NCBI RefSeq assembly: GCF_900544955.1
Contig: NZ_UQXD01000008.1
Coordinates: forward strand, 1,310-65,309
Source of the DNA: an uncultured Oscillibacter sp.
GTDB taxonomy: Bacteria; Bacillota; Clostridia; Oscillospirales; Oscillospiraceae
Direction of reading: 5' to 3'
DNA: 64,000 nt
Within the stretch, counting starts at the first letter, position 1, and each line of letters begins with the position of its first letter. This document shows, piece by piece, positions 51,002 through 59,018 of this stretch. The notes under the pieces are model-generated. The model was not told the DNA's origin. It saw only the letters and a program-made list of their open reading frames with translations, and did not search any database. A program made the position numbers and the translations under genes.

Positions 51002-52392
51002 CACGCCGTTTTCAAAACCTCCGCCGCCGCGGCGATCTGGCCGGGGGTGGGGGTCCAGCCGAGGCGGATCTCCACGACGCGGCCCGGCCAGCGGACCAGC
51101 CAGGTGTCCGCCATGTCCTCCCCCCGCCGGAAGCGGTAGACCTGCTCCGCCTGCCAGGCCTCCGCCGCCTCCGGCACCCAGCCGTAAAACAGGCCCAGTT
51201 CCTCGTTGCTGTACCGCTCCCCCTCCGCCAGGTAGTCCCGCAGGGCCAGGTCCAGCAGGGGGGTGAAGGCGCTCTCCACGATCTCGTAGCGGAGGTGCGG
51301 CACCCCCACGGCGTCCATCCGGGGGTCCTGGGAGAAGGTCCGGCGGCTCATGAAGAAGGATCGGTCCATCCCGGCCACGGTGGACCAAGCAGTATAGTCC
51401 GTGTCCGTCAGGTCCTGGACAGTGAGGGGGATGGGGTCGTGGTAGACCTCCCACTCCATGTTGTGGTAGACATAGGTCTCCGCCGGGGGATGGTCGTCCA
51501 GGAGGCCGGACCGGGTCATTTGGAGGAGGAAGAAGACCATCCCGCCCATCAGAGCGAAGGAGAGCACAAAGCAGGCGCCCAGGGTGACGGTGCGGTTGAC
51601 GCCGGCGGAGACGCCCCGCCGCTTGAGCAGGGCCTTGAGGAGGTTGACGAGGGCGATCAGCGCCGCCATCATGGCGATGCTGCAAAAGGCGATGACAGTC
51701 TGCCGCCGGGAGCCCAGAGAGAGCAGCCACACCGCCATGCCCAGCCCCAGGCACAGCAGGGTGAAGGTCTGGAGGCCCCGGTGGCTCCGGGGCGGCACCA
51801 GGCGGCCCTCCGCCGCAGCCGCCTCCCTGGCCCGGCGGTACCAGCGGAGGTAGGTGCCGGACTCCGTGACGCACACCGCCAGCACCACCAGCCAGCAGGG
51901 CAGGGTGAAGAAGGTGGTGGGATCCGTGAGAACGGTGACGGCGTCGGTCCGGAGCCGCCAGGCCATCATGCCCAGCTGGAACAGGGCCAGGACCATCAGC
52001 AGGAGGTGGCTGGGGAGGTAGTTCTTCCGCATGGCCCGGTGGATGTTCTCCACCTGCACCGCCGCGTCGGTCTCCATGGGGACGGGGTCCGCCGCCTCGT
52101 TGCGGAAGATCTGCATCTGGGCGGACTGGGCCACCGGCTCCCACCCGGCCTCCGCGCAGTAGTCCGCCAGTACCTGCTGGCCCTCCAGGGGCCGGGGGTC
52201 GAACTCCGAGGCCTGGGGGAAGTAGGTGACGGCGAAGCGGACCTGCCGGGGCGTCTCCCGCCGGTAGCGCCAGAACCAGGTACCCACGGCCTCCAGCATC
52301 CAGCCCCGGGCCGCCATGGCCTCCAGATGGGCCTGAATGCCGGCGAAGTCGTAAAAGGAAAAGAACTTATATTCCCGTTTCGTCTCTCTCAT
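51001..52392 (-). CDS. DUF2812-family membrane protein
   Basis: HLEAMAARGW.L...F.VTYF...AEAGWE...MQIF; multiple TMs; coupled to padR. Confidence 0.8.
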   Translation of the reverse strand: MRETKREYKFFSFYDFAGIQAHLEAMAARGWMLEAVGTWFWRYRRETPRQVRFAVTYFPQASEFDPRPLEGQQVLADYCAEAGWEPVAQSAQMQIFRNEAADPVPMETDAAVQVENIHRAMRKNYLPSHLLLMVLALFQLGMMAWRLRTDAVTVLTDPTTFFTLPCWLVVLAVCVTESGTYLRWYRRAREAAAAEGRLVPPRSHRGLQTFTLLCLGLGMAVWLLSLGSRRQTVIAFCSIAMMAALIALVNLLKALLKRRGVSAGVNRTVTLGACFVLSFALMGGMVFFLLQMTRSGLLDDHPPAETYVYHNMEWEVYHDPIPLTVQDLTDTDYTAWSTVAGMDRSFFMSRRTFSQDPRMDAVGVPHLRYEIVESAFTPLLDLALRDYLAEGERYSNEELGLFYGWVPEAAEAWQAEQVYRFRRGEDMADTWLVRWPGRVVEIRLGWTPTPGQIAAAAEVLKTA

Positions 52393-52715
52393 TGGGGGTC
52401 CTCCTTCTCTGCCATACAGGCCTCATAGTCCGCCGCCAGGGCCAGCAGGCGGTGGTATTCCTCGTCCAGGGCGGCCTGGCCCGCCGGGGTGATGAGGTAG
52501 CTCCGCTTCCGCCCCTCCACCTTGGTCTCCGCAATCATCCCCGCCTGGAGAAAGCTCTCCAGCAGATTGTATAGGGTGCCTGGCCCCACGCTCACCCGGC
52601 CGCCGGTGAGGGCGCCCACCCGGGCCATGATGTCGGCGCCGCACTGCTCCCGCCGCAGGCACAGGAGAATGTAGAACATCTGCTCCGTCAGGGTCTGAAA
52701 TTTTTCCCGGGCCAT
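52389..52715 (-). CDS. PadR-family regulator
   Basis: LTEQMFYILL, GPGTLY, RKRSYLIT..G. Confidence 0.92.
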   Translation of the reverse strand: MAREKFQTLTEQMFYILLCLRREQCGADIMARVGALTGGRVSVGPGTLYNLLESFLQAGMIAETKVEGRKRSYLITPAGQAALDEEYHRLLALAADYEACMAEKEDPQ

Positions 52716-52731
52716 GAGGGACCTCCTCTCC

Positions 52732-52806
52732 AATATCGAATATCGCTGTTGTCAGTCTCAGTATAATATCGAATATCGTGTATGTCAAGAAAAATATCGA
52801 ATATCG
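52732..52806 (-). promoter_or_regulatory. padR promoter with three identical 14-bp operator repeats
   Basis: AATATCGAATATCG at 52732, 52765 and 52793; minus strand TTGACA-17-TATACT at 52788-52760. Confidence 0.85.
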
Positions 52807-52893
52807 CTAAACTTTTTGGGGCCAGGGGCTTGCGTCCTGGGCCCCGCCGTGGTATTCTGGACCAAGTTACAATCAGGAAAGAGGAGAATTGCG

Positions 52894-53148
52894 ATGACAT
52901 ATTCCTTTCGGCCCCGGGGCGTCTGCTCCCAGGAGATGCGGGTGGAGCTGGACGAGGAGGGCATCATCCGGGACTTGCAGGTTCTGGGGGGATGCAGCGG
53001 CAATTTGCAGGGCATCTCCGCCCTGGTGCGGGACATGCCCGCCCGGGAGGCCGTCCAGCGTCTGAAGGGTATCCGCTGCGGCTTCAAGCCCACCTCCTGC
53101 CCCGACCAACTGGCCCAGGGGCTGGAGCGGATTCTGGCAGAGAGATGA
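52894..53148 (+). CDS. TIGR03905-type TSCPD four-Cys protein
   Basis: GVCS...GGCSGNL...GIRCG...TSCPDQLA. Confidence 0.92.
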   Translation: MTYSFRPRGVCSQEMRVELDEEGIIRDLQVLGGCSGNLQGISALVRDMPAREAVQRLKGIRCGFKPTSCPDQLAQGLERILAER

Positions 53149-53330
53149 TGCGGAGGAGGGACCGTGCCCCGGCACGGCCCCTTTTCTCTGCGGCCACCGG
53201 GTTTTCCAGGAAATGGAGATGGAGCGGCGGGGGGACAAACGTTTTTCGGTGGACAAACTAGGGGAATGATGGTAAACTAAAGAATTGCCGGACCCACCGG
53301 CAGAAAACCGAGGAAAGAGCGGTCATATAC

Positions 53331-54461
53331 ATGAAAATCGTATTGGTCATCGACCAGTTTGACGACGCCAATAACGGCACCACCATCAGCGCCCGGCGCT
53401 TTGCCGCCGCCCTGAGGGAGCACGGCAACGAGGTGCGGGTCATCGCCACCGGCAAGCCCGCCGACTATAAGTACGCGGTGCGGCAGATGCGGTTTTTCCC
53501 GGTGGTGGAACACTTGATTACCAGCCAGGGGATGCGCCTGGCCATCCCCAACCGGCATGTGTTTGAAAAGGCGGCGGCCTGGGCGGACGTGGTGCATTTC
53601 CTGATGCCCTCCCCCCTGGCGGTGATGGGCCTGCGGCACGTGGAGAAGCTGGGCATCCCCCACACGGCGGCCTTTCACTGCCAGCCGGAGAACATCACCT
53701 TCACCCTCCACATGGGCAACAGCAAGCGGGTGAATGACTTTGTGTACAACCGCTTCCGGGATACCTTCTTCAACCGCTTCACCCACATCCACTGCCCCAG
53801 CAACATGATCGCCGAGCAGCTCCGCCTGCACGGGTACACCGCCCAGCTCCACGTGATCTCCAACGGCATCAGCCCCCAGTACGTCTACGGCAAGCGGCCC
53901 AAGGAGGACTGGATGGCGGATATGTTCAACGTGCTGATGGTGGGCCGCTACGCCGGGGAGAAGCGCCAGGACGTGCTGATCGCGGCCTGCGCCAAGAGCC
54001 GCCATGCCGAGGACATCCAGGTGATTCTGGCGGGGAAGGGCCCGCTGGAGAAGAAGTACCGCCAGCTGGCCGAGCAGCTGCCCAATCCCATCGTCATGGA
54101 CTTTTACGACCCCGCCCGCCTGCTGGACATTCTCCACATGGCGGATCTGTACGTCCACACCTCCGACGCGGAGATCGAGGCCATGAGCTGCATGGAGGCC
54201 TTTGCCTGCGGCCTGGTGCCCGTCATCGCCAACTCCCCCCGCTCCGCCACGCCCCAGTTCGCCCTGGACGAGCGGAGCCTCTTCCCCGCCGGGGACGCCA
54301 GCGCCCTGGCCGAGCGGATCGACTGGTGGATCGAGCACCCGGAGGAGCGGCGGGAGATGGAGCTGCGCTACGCCGCGCACGCCAAGCAGTACGCCCTGGA
54401 CGAGTCCATCCGCCAGACGGAGGAGATGTTCCGCCAGGCCATCGCGGAGCAGAGGGGATAA
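53331..54461 (+). CDS. GT4-family glycosyltransferase (glycolipid synthase-like)
   Basis: NGTTIS, ISNGI, VGRYAGEKRQ, EIEAMSCMEA (EX7E). Confidence 0.9.
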   Translation: MKIVLVIDQFDDANNGTTISARRFAAALREHGNEVRVIATGKPADYKYAVRQMRFFPVVEHLITSQGMRLAIPNRHVFEKAAAWADVVHFLMPSPLAVMGLRHVEKLGIPHTAAFHCQPENITFTLHMGNSKRVNDFVYNRFRDTFFNRFTHIHCPSNMIAEQLRLHGYTAQLHVISNGISPQYVYGKRPKEDWMADMFNVLMVGRYAGEKRQDVLIAACAKSRHAEDIQVILAGKGPLEKKYRQLAEQLPNPIVMDFYDPARLLDILHMADLYVHTSDAEIEAMSCMEAFACGLVPVIANSPRSATPQFALDERSLFPAGDASALAERIDWWIEHPEERREMELRYAAHAKQYALDESIRQTEEMFRQAIAEQRG

Positions 54462-54469
54462 CTTTCTTG

Positions 54470-54512
54470 AAAAAACACCCGCCGCCGGTGGTACCGGCGG
54501 CGGGTGTTTTTT
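54470..54512. terminator. Intrinsic terminator
   Basis: AAAAAACACCCGCCGCCGGT-GGT-ACCGGCGGCGGGTGTTTTTT. Confidence 0.88.
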
Positions 54513-54522
54513 CGGGGGTGCG

Positions 54523-54639
54523 CGGGGTTTTCCGGCGACGGGCATTTCGCCGAGAGCGCCTGGGGCTTTTCCAGCGGCAGGCGTTTTGCCGAGAGTGCCT
54601 GGGGCTTTTCCAGCGGCAGGCGTTTTGCCGAGAGTGCCT
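54523..54639. repeat. 39-bp tandem repeat, 3 copies (VNTR)
   Basis: GGGGCTTTTCCAGCGGCAGGCGTTTTGCCGAGAGTGCCT exact at 54562 and 54601; 31/39 match at 54523. Confidence 0.92.
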
Positions 54640-54821
54640 CCCGGAGTGTGTGCCGGGAGGCGAGGAAAAGGGCGCTTGGGGCGTCTGCGGCGGTGTGCGT
54701 GCCGAGGGAGACCCGTCCAGCCTGGATCGTTGACTCCCACTGGGCGTCTGGGGCGCGGCGGGCCGAAGCTCCCCCACACAGGCGGACTCGTCTGCGTCCC
54801 CACCCCGCCCGCCGCCGGTAT

Positions 54822-54849
54822 CACCGGCGGCGGGCGCTCTGCATAGGAT
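54822..54849 (+). promoter_or_regulatory. SigK/SigE-type promoter candidate
   Basis: CACC-16-CATAGGAT upstream of a spore hydrolase gene. Confidence 0.65.
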
Positions 54850-54876
54850 GGGTCAGCGACGAAGGAGGCATGAAGG

Positions 54877-55317
54877 ATGGCTTATTCCGACCGGGAGCTG
54901 CTGGCGCGTCTGATCCAGTGTGAGGCGGGAGGCGAGGGGGAAAACGGCATGAAAGCGGTGGCGGGCGTGGTGATGAACCGGGTCCACGCCAGGGGCGGGG
55001 AGTATGCCCGGGTGGGCCAGGGCAGCATCCGCAATATCATCTTTCAGCCGTATCAGTTCGTCTGTGCCAGCGAGACGGAGGGCGGCGCCTATAACCCCCA
55101 GAATATTTACAATATGCGGCCCGAACAGATTCACTACGACATAGCCGACTGGGCCATTGCGGGAAACCGGCTGCCGGACGTGGCGGAATCCCTGTGGTTT
55201 TACAATCCCTTTGGCCCCAAATGCCGGTCCCGCTTTCCGTCGGACGTGGGATACTGGCAGACCCGTATCGGCGACCACTGTTTCTATAATCCTACCGATG
55301 CATACTATAAAACTTGA
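54877..55317 (+). CDS. Hydrolase_2-family spore cortex-lytic enzyme, CwlJ-like (catalytic domain only)
   Basis: LLARLIQCEAGGE..GMKAVAGVVMNRV, FQPYQF, WFYNP, IGDHCFY; no signal peptide. Confidence 0.88.
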   Translation: MAYSDRELLARLIQCEAGGEGENGMKAVAGVVMNRVHARGGEYARVGQGSIRNIIFQPYQFVCASETEGGAYNPQNIYNMRPEQIHYDIADWAIAGNRLPDVAESLWFYNPFGPKCRSRFPSDVGYWQTRIGDHCFYNPTDAYYKT

Positions 55318-55328
55318 GAGGTGTCATT

Positions 55329-55868
55329 ATGCTGCAGTTTCAAAATCAGTATGGGTCCGCCGCCCCGATGCGCACGGCGGCGGGCGGTCCCCCGGCGGGC
55401 CAGACGGATTGGTCCCGGGAGGTGGTCCGCGGCGCCCCGGTGCCCAGCGGAGCCAATGTGGTGGCCTACAACGACCCGGTGGCCATCAGCGAGGGCGCGG
55501 CGGGGACGCCCCGGCTGGAGATGCAAAACGGCCTGCCCGCCGACGTGATCGAGTCCCCCGTCTCCCTGGCGGAGGCCCGGATGGGGTCCCTGAAGGCCAT
55601 GCTCACCCGGAACGTGGGGACGTATATCGTGGCGTCCTTCCTGGTGGGGACGCAGAACCTGGTGTCCTGGGAGGGCATCCTCTACGACGTGGGAAACGAT
55701 TACCTCACCATCTACCAGGAGAGCCGGGACCGCTATATCGTCAGCGACTACTACTCCCTGAAATTCATTGAGTTTTACGACGTCCAGCGCCGGGCCCTGT
55801 GCGACCAGCTCCTCCAGAACCGGGGGATGGAGCAGACCCCGGCGGCCATCCAGCCGACCATGCGGTGA
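55329..55868 (+). CDS. Hypothetical spore protein, candidate remote GerQ homologue
   Basis: Low-complexity N-terminus; C-terminal LTRNVG...GILYDVGNDYLTI...LKFIEF. Confidence 0.6.
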   Translation: MLQFQNQYGSAAPMRTAAGGPPAGQTDWSREVVRGAPVPSGANVVAYNDPVAISEGAAGTPRLEMQNGLPADVIESPVSLAEARMGSLKAMLTRNVGTYIVASFLVGTQNLVSWEGILYDVGNDYLTIYQESRDRYIVSDYYSLKFIEFYDVQRRALCDQLLQNRGMEQTPAAIQPTMR

Positions 55869-55937
55869 ACTGGGGATTGCGGCGGGGAGAGGGGTGTGCT
55901 AAAATGCAGGTATCTTGCTACAAAAGGAGCGCGTGCC

Positions 55938-56450
55938 ATGGATTTTGCAGCCCTTTCGGCGGAGCGGTATTCCCTCCGCAAGTTCAGCAGCCGGCCGGTG
56001 GAGCCGGAGAAGCTGGCCGCCGTGGCGGCGGCGGGCCACAACGCCCCCACCGCCCATAACAACCAGCCCCAGCGCATTTTTGTGCTCCAGAGCCGGGAGG
56101 CCCTGGAGAAGGCCGACGCCTGTATGGACTCCCATTTCAGCCCGCCGGTGATTCTGGCGGTGGCCTACGATCCCCAGACCGCCTGGAAGCGGGAGGGAGA
56201 CGGCAAAAACCACGGCGAGATCGACGCCGCCATCGCCGCCGCCCAGATGATGCTCCAGGCGGCGGACCTGGGCCTGGGCACCACCTACGTGGGGATGTTC
56301 CGCCCGGAGGCGCTGCTGGAGGCCTTTCCGGAGATGGCGGGGCTGACGCCCATCGCCCTGATTCCGCTGGGCTATCCGGCGGAGGGGGCGCACCCCTCCC
56401 GCCTCCACACCACCCGGATGCCGGTGGAGGACATGGTCCGCTACCTGTGA
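55938..56450 (+). CDS. Nitroreductase-family protein
   Basis: RYSLRKF, APTAHNNQP, QAADLGLGT, LGYPA. Confidence 0.92.
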   Translation: MDFAALSAERYSLRKFSSRPVEPEKLAAVAAAGHNAPTAHNNQPQRIFVLQSREALEKADACMDSHFSPPVILAVAYDPQTAWKREGDGKNHGEIDAAIAAAQMMLQAADLGLGTTYVGMFRPEALLEAFPEMAGLTPIALIPLGYPAEGAHPSRLHTTRMPVEDMVRYL

Positions 56451-56454
56451 GCGC

Positions 56455-56489
56455 AAAAAACGAGGCCGCCCGCCGGGCGGCCTCGTTTT
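56455..56489. terminator. Bidirectional terminator
   Basis: AAAACGAGGCCGCCC/GGGCGGCCTCGTTTT. Confidence 0.85.
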
Positions 56490-56496
56490 CTTTCTT

Positions 56497-57861
56497 TCAG
56501 CGCTTTCCGCGGCCCCGATAGCTGCCGCTCCGGCCCCGGCCCACGCTGCGGCCGTACCGGTATCTCCGCCGGCCGAAGAGCAGCCGCCACACCAGCAGCG
56601 CCGCCAGCAGTACCGCCAGCACAATGGCTCCCGTCCGGACGCCGGGCCGGGCGAAGAACAGCTGCACGTCCCGCCAGAAGGTCAGCAGCTTGGAGGCCTC
56701 CACGCCGTGCATGGCCAGCAGGTCCACCGTGGCGTAGACCTTGCCCTCGTAGCTGAGGGTCAGGGTGCCCAGCACGTCCCCCTCGGCGATGGGGGCCTCC
56801 ACCGGGTCCGCCCGCAGCGTCACGGACTGCTCCAGGTCCGCCGGATCCAGGTCATTGGGCAGCAGTACCTCCACCTCATTGGCCGGGTGGATGGTGACGT
56901 GGTCCACCTTGGAGAGGGTGACGGGCACCTCCTTTTCCAGCACCTGGTTGCCGTCCACAATGGTCCGGTAGGAGAAGTTGTCAAAGCCGTAGTTGAACAT
57001 GCGGGTGGTCTCGGAGAAGCTGCGGATGTTGCCCACGCCGTTCTCCTCCACCCGGTCCGCCCCCAGAATGACGGAGACGAAGTGGAGGCTGCCCCGGGCG
57101 GCGGAGGACACCAGGCAGTGGCCCGCCTCGCTGGTGGAGCCGGTCTTGATGCCATGGGCCTCCTTGTTGCGGTAGCCGATGACCCGCCAGTTGGAGAGGA
57201 GGTTGTTGGTGGTGTAGAGGTGGCGCTCGCCGCTGAGGTTGGTGGCGGGAATCACCACGTCCGCCGTGTCGCAGATGGCCATGAAGTCGTCGTAGGCCAT
57301 GGCCGCCTTGGTGATGAGGTACATGTCCCAGGCGGAGGTGTAGTGCTGGGGGTCGTGGAGGCCGTTGGGGTTGACGAAGTGGGTGTTCTCGCAGCCCAGC
57401 GCCGCCGCCTTGTCGTTCATGGCGGCCACAAAGGCCTCCACGCTGCCGGAGATGCCCTCCGCCAGGATGTCGCAGGCCTCGTTGGCGGATACCACCAGCA
57501 TGCAGTACAGGAGGTTGCGCACCGTCATGGTCTCCCCCACCTGGATGCCGGCGGAGCTGCCGTCGGCGGACAGGCCCTCCAGCGCGGTGGCGGTGGCGGT
57601 GAGGGTCTGGTCCATGGAGAGTTTGCCCTGGTCCACGGCCTCCAGCGTCAGCAGGGCGGTCATGATCTTGGTGAGGCTGGCGGGGTAGAGCTCCTGGTGC
57701 TCATTTTTGGCGTAGACCACGCTGTCGGTCTCCGCGTCCACCAGCAGCGCCGCCTTGGCCAGAATATCGGGGTCCTCCAAGGCGGCGGCCCGGGGCGCTG
57801 TCCACAGGCCCAGCGTCACCGCGGCCAGCAAAAAAAGCGATAAAAAGCGTCTCGTTTTCAT
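56497..57861 (-). CDS. D-Ala-D-Ala carboxypeptidase (peptidase S11) with C-terminal TM
   Basis: PASLTK, SAN, NPNGLH, KTG; PBP5_C-like domain. Confidence 0.93.
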   Translation of the reverse strand: MKTRRFLSLFLLAAVTLGLWTAPRAAALEDPDILAKAALLVDAETDSVVYAKNEHQELYPASLTKIMTALLTLEAVDQGKLSMDQTLTATATALEGLSADGSSAGIQVGETMTVRNLLYCMLVVSANEACDILAEGISGSVEAFVAAMNDKAAALGCENTHFVNPNGLHDPQHYTSAWDMYLITKAAMAYDDFMAICDTADVVIPATNLSGERHLYTTNNLLSNWRVIGYRNKEAHGIKTGSTSEAGHCLVSSAARGSLHFVSVILGADRVEENGVGNIRSFSETTRMFNYGFDNFSYRTIVDGNQVLEKEVPVTLSKVDHVTIHPANEVEVLLPNDLDPADLEQSVTLRADPVEAPIAEGDVLGTLTLSYEGKVYATVDLLAMHGVEASKLLTFWRDVQLFFARPGVRTGAIVLAVLLAALLVWRLLFGRRRYRYGRSVGRGRSGSYRGRGKR

Positions 57862-57925
57862 TTCTATCTCCCATAAAGTATGGTATACTAAACCGGAAAC
57901 GAACCGCCGGCGGGACTCGCCGGTT

Positions 57926-57932
57926 TTCGACA
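57926..57932 (-). promoter_or_regulatory. Spo0A box between the divergent dac and comEA genes
   Basis: TTCGACA is the reverse complement of TGTCGAA. Confidence 0.45.
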
Positions 57933-57969
57933 ATCTTTAGTATAACAAAAAAAACGCAGGAGTTCAACT

Positions 57970-58344
57970 GTGAAGGTGCAGGGAAAGATTACGAAAACGG
58001 AGGCGCTGCTCCTGGGCTTGACGGCGCTGTTTTTGTGCGGGCTGTTGGGCCTGTTCCTCCGGGACCGGCAGGCCCTGGCGGGCCCGGCTGCGGTGGAGGC
58101 GGAGCGGTGGGCGCCGCAGGAGGCGCTCCAGGCGGACCTCGGCCCGCTGGACCTGAACACGGCCACGGCGGAGGAGCTGACGGTCCTGCCCGGCATCGGG
58201 GAGGTGCTGGCGGCGCGGATCGTGGCCTACCGGGAGGACCACGGCCCCTTTGGCGCCGTGGAGGAGCTGATGGAGGTCTCCGGCATCGGCCCGGCGACCT
58301 TGGAGGGATTGAAAGACCGCGTCGCGGTGGAGGGAACGGCATGA
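57970..58344 (+). CDS. ComEA-like helix-hairpin-helix DNA-binding membrane protein
   Basis: TM plus LDLNTATAEEL..LPGIG..LA.RI...GPF..VEELMEVSGIG. Confidence 0.9.
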   Translation: MKVQGKITKTEALLLGLTALFLCGLLGLFLRDRQALAGPAAVEAERWAPQEALQADLGPLDLNTATAEELTVLPGIGEVLAARIVAYREDHGPFGAVEELMEVSGIGPATLEGLKDRVAVEGTA

Positions 58345-59018
58345 AAATTCTGGTGGTGGACGATGAGAAGACCCTGGTGAAAGGAATGAAATTCAACCTG
58401 GAGAACGAGGGCTACCAGGTGGAGTGCGCCTACGACGGTGCCGCCGCCGTGGAGCTGGCCCGGGAGGGCACGTTCGACCTGGTGATTCTGGACGTGATGA
58501 TGCCGGAGGTGGACGGACTGGAGGCCTGCATGCGCATCCGGGAGTTCTCCAACGTGCCCATCATCATGCTGACGGCCAAGAGCGAGGACGCGGACAAGCT
58601 GATGGGCTTTGAGTGCGGCGCGGACGACTATCTCACCAAGCCTTTCAACATTCTGGAACTGAAGGCCCGGGTCCGGGCGCTGCTGCGCCGGGCCGCCGGG
58701 GTCCAGCGGGTCCGGGGGGCGGTGCTGACGGTGGGGGATCTGTCGTTGAACACCGAGGAGCGGGTGGCCGTCCGGGAGGGGCGGACCGTAGACCTCACCG
58801 CCAAGGAGTACGACCTTATCGAGCTGCTGATGCGCAACCCCCGGCGGGTGTACAGCCGGGAGAATTTGATGAATGTGGTGTGGGGCTATACCTACGCCGG
58901 GGACTACCGCACGGTGGACGTCCACATCCGCCGCCTGCGGGAGAAGCTGGAGAAGAACCCGGCGGAGCCGGACCACATCATGACCAAGTGGGGAGTGGGG
59001 TACTATTTCAAGGGATAG
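58341..59018 (+). CDS. OmpR/WalR-like response regulator
   Basis: VDDE, LDVMMP, MLTAK, KPF, RTVDVHIRRLREK, WGVGY. Confidence 0.95.
   Translation: MKILVVDDEKTLVKGMKFNLENEGYQVECAYDGAAAVELAREGTFDLVILDVMMPEVDGLEACMRIREFSNVPIIMLTAKSEDADKLMGFECGADDYLTKPFNILELKARVRALLRRAAGVQRVRGAVLTVGDLSLNTEERVAVREGRTVDLTAKEYDLIELLMRNPRRVYSRENLMNVVWGYTYAGDYRTVDVHIRRLREKLEKNPAEPDHIMTKWGVGYYFKG

Noticed and set aside
54523..54639. Possible CRISPR array
   Set aside because: The units are head-to-tail with no unique spacers, and there are no cas genes in the window
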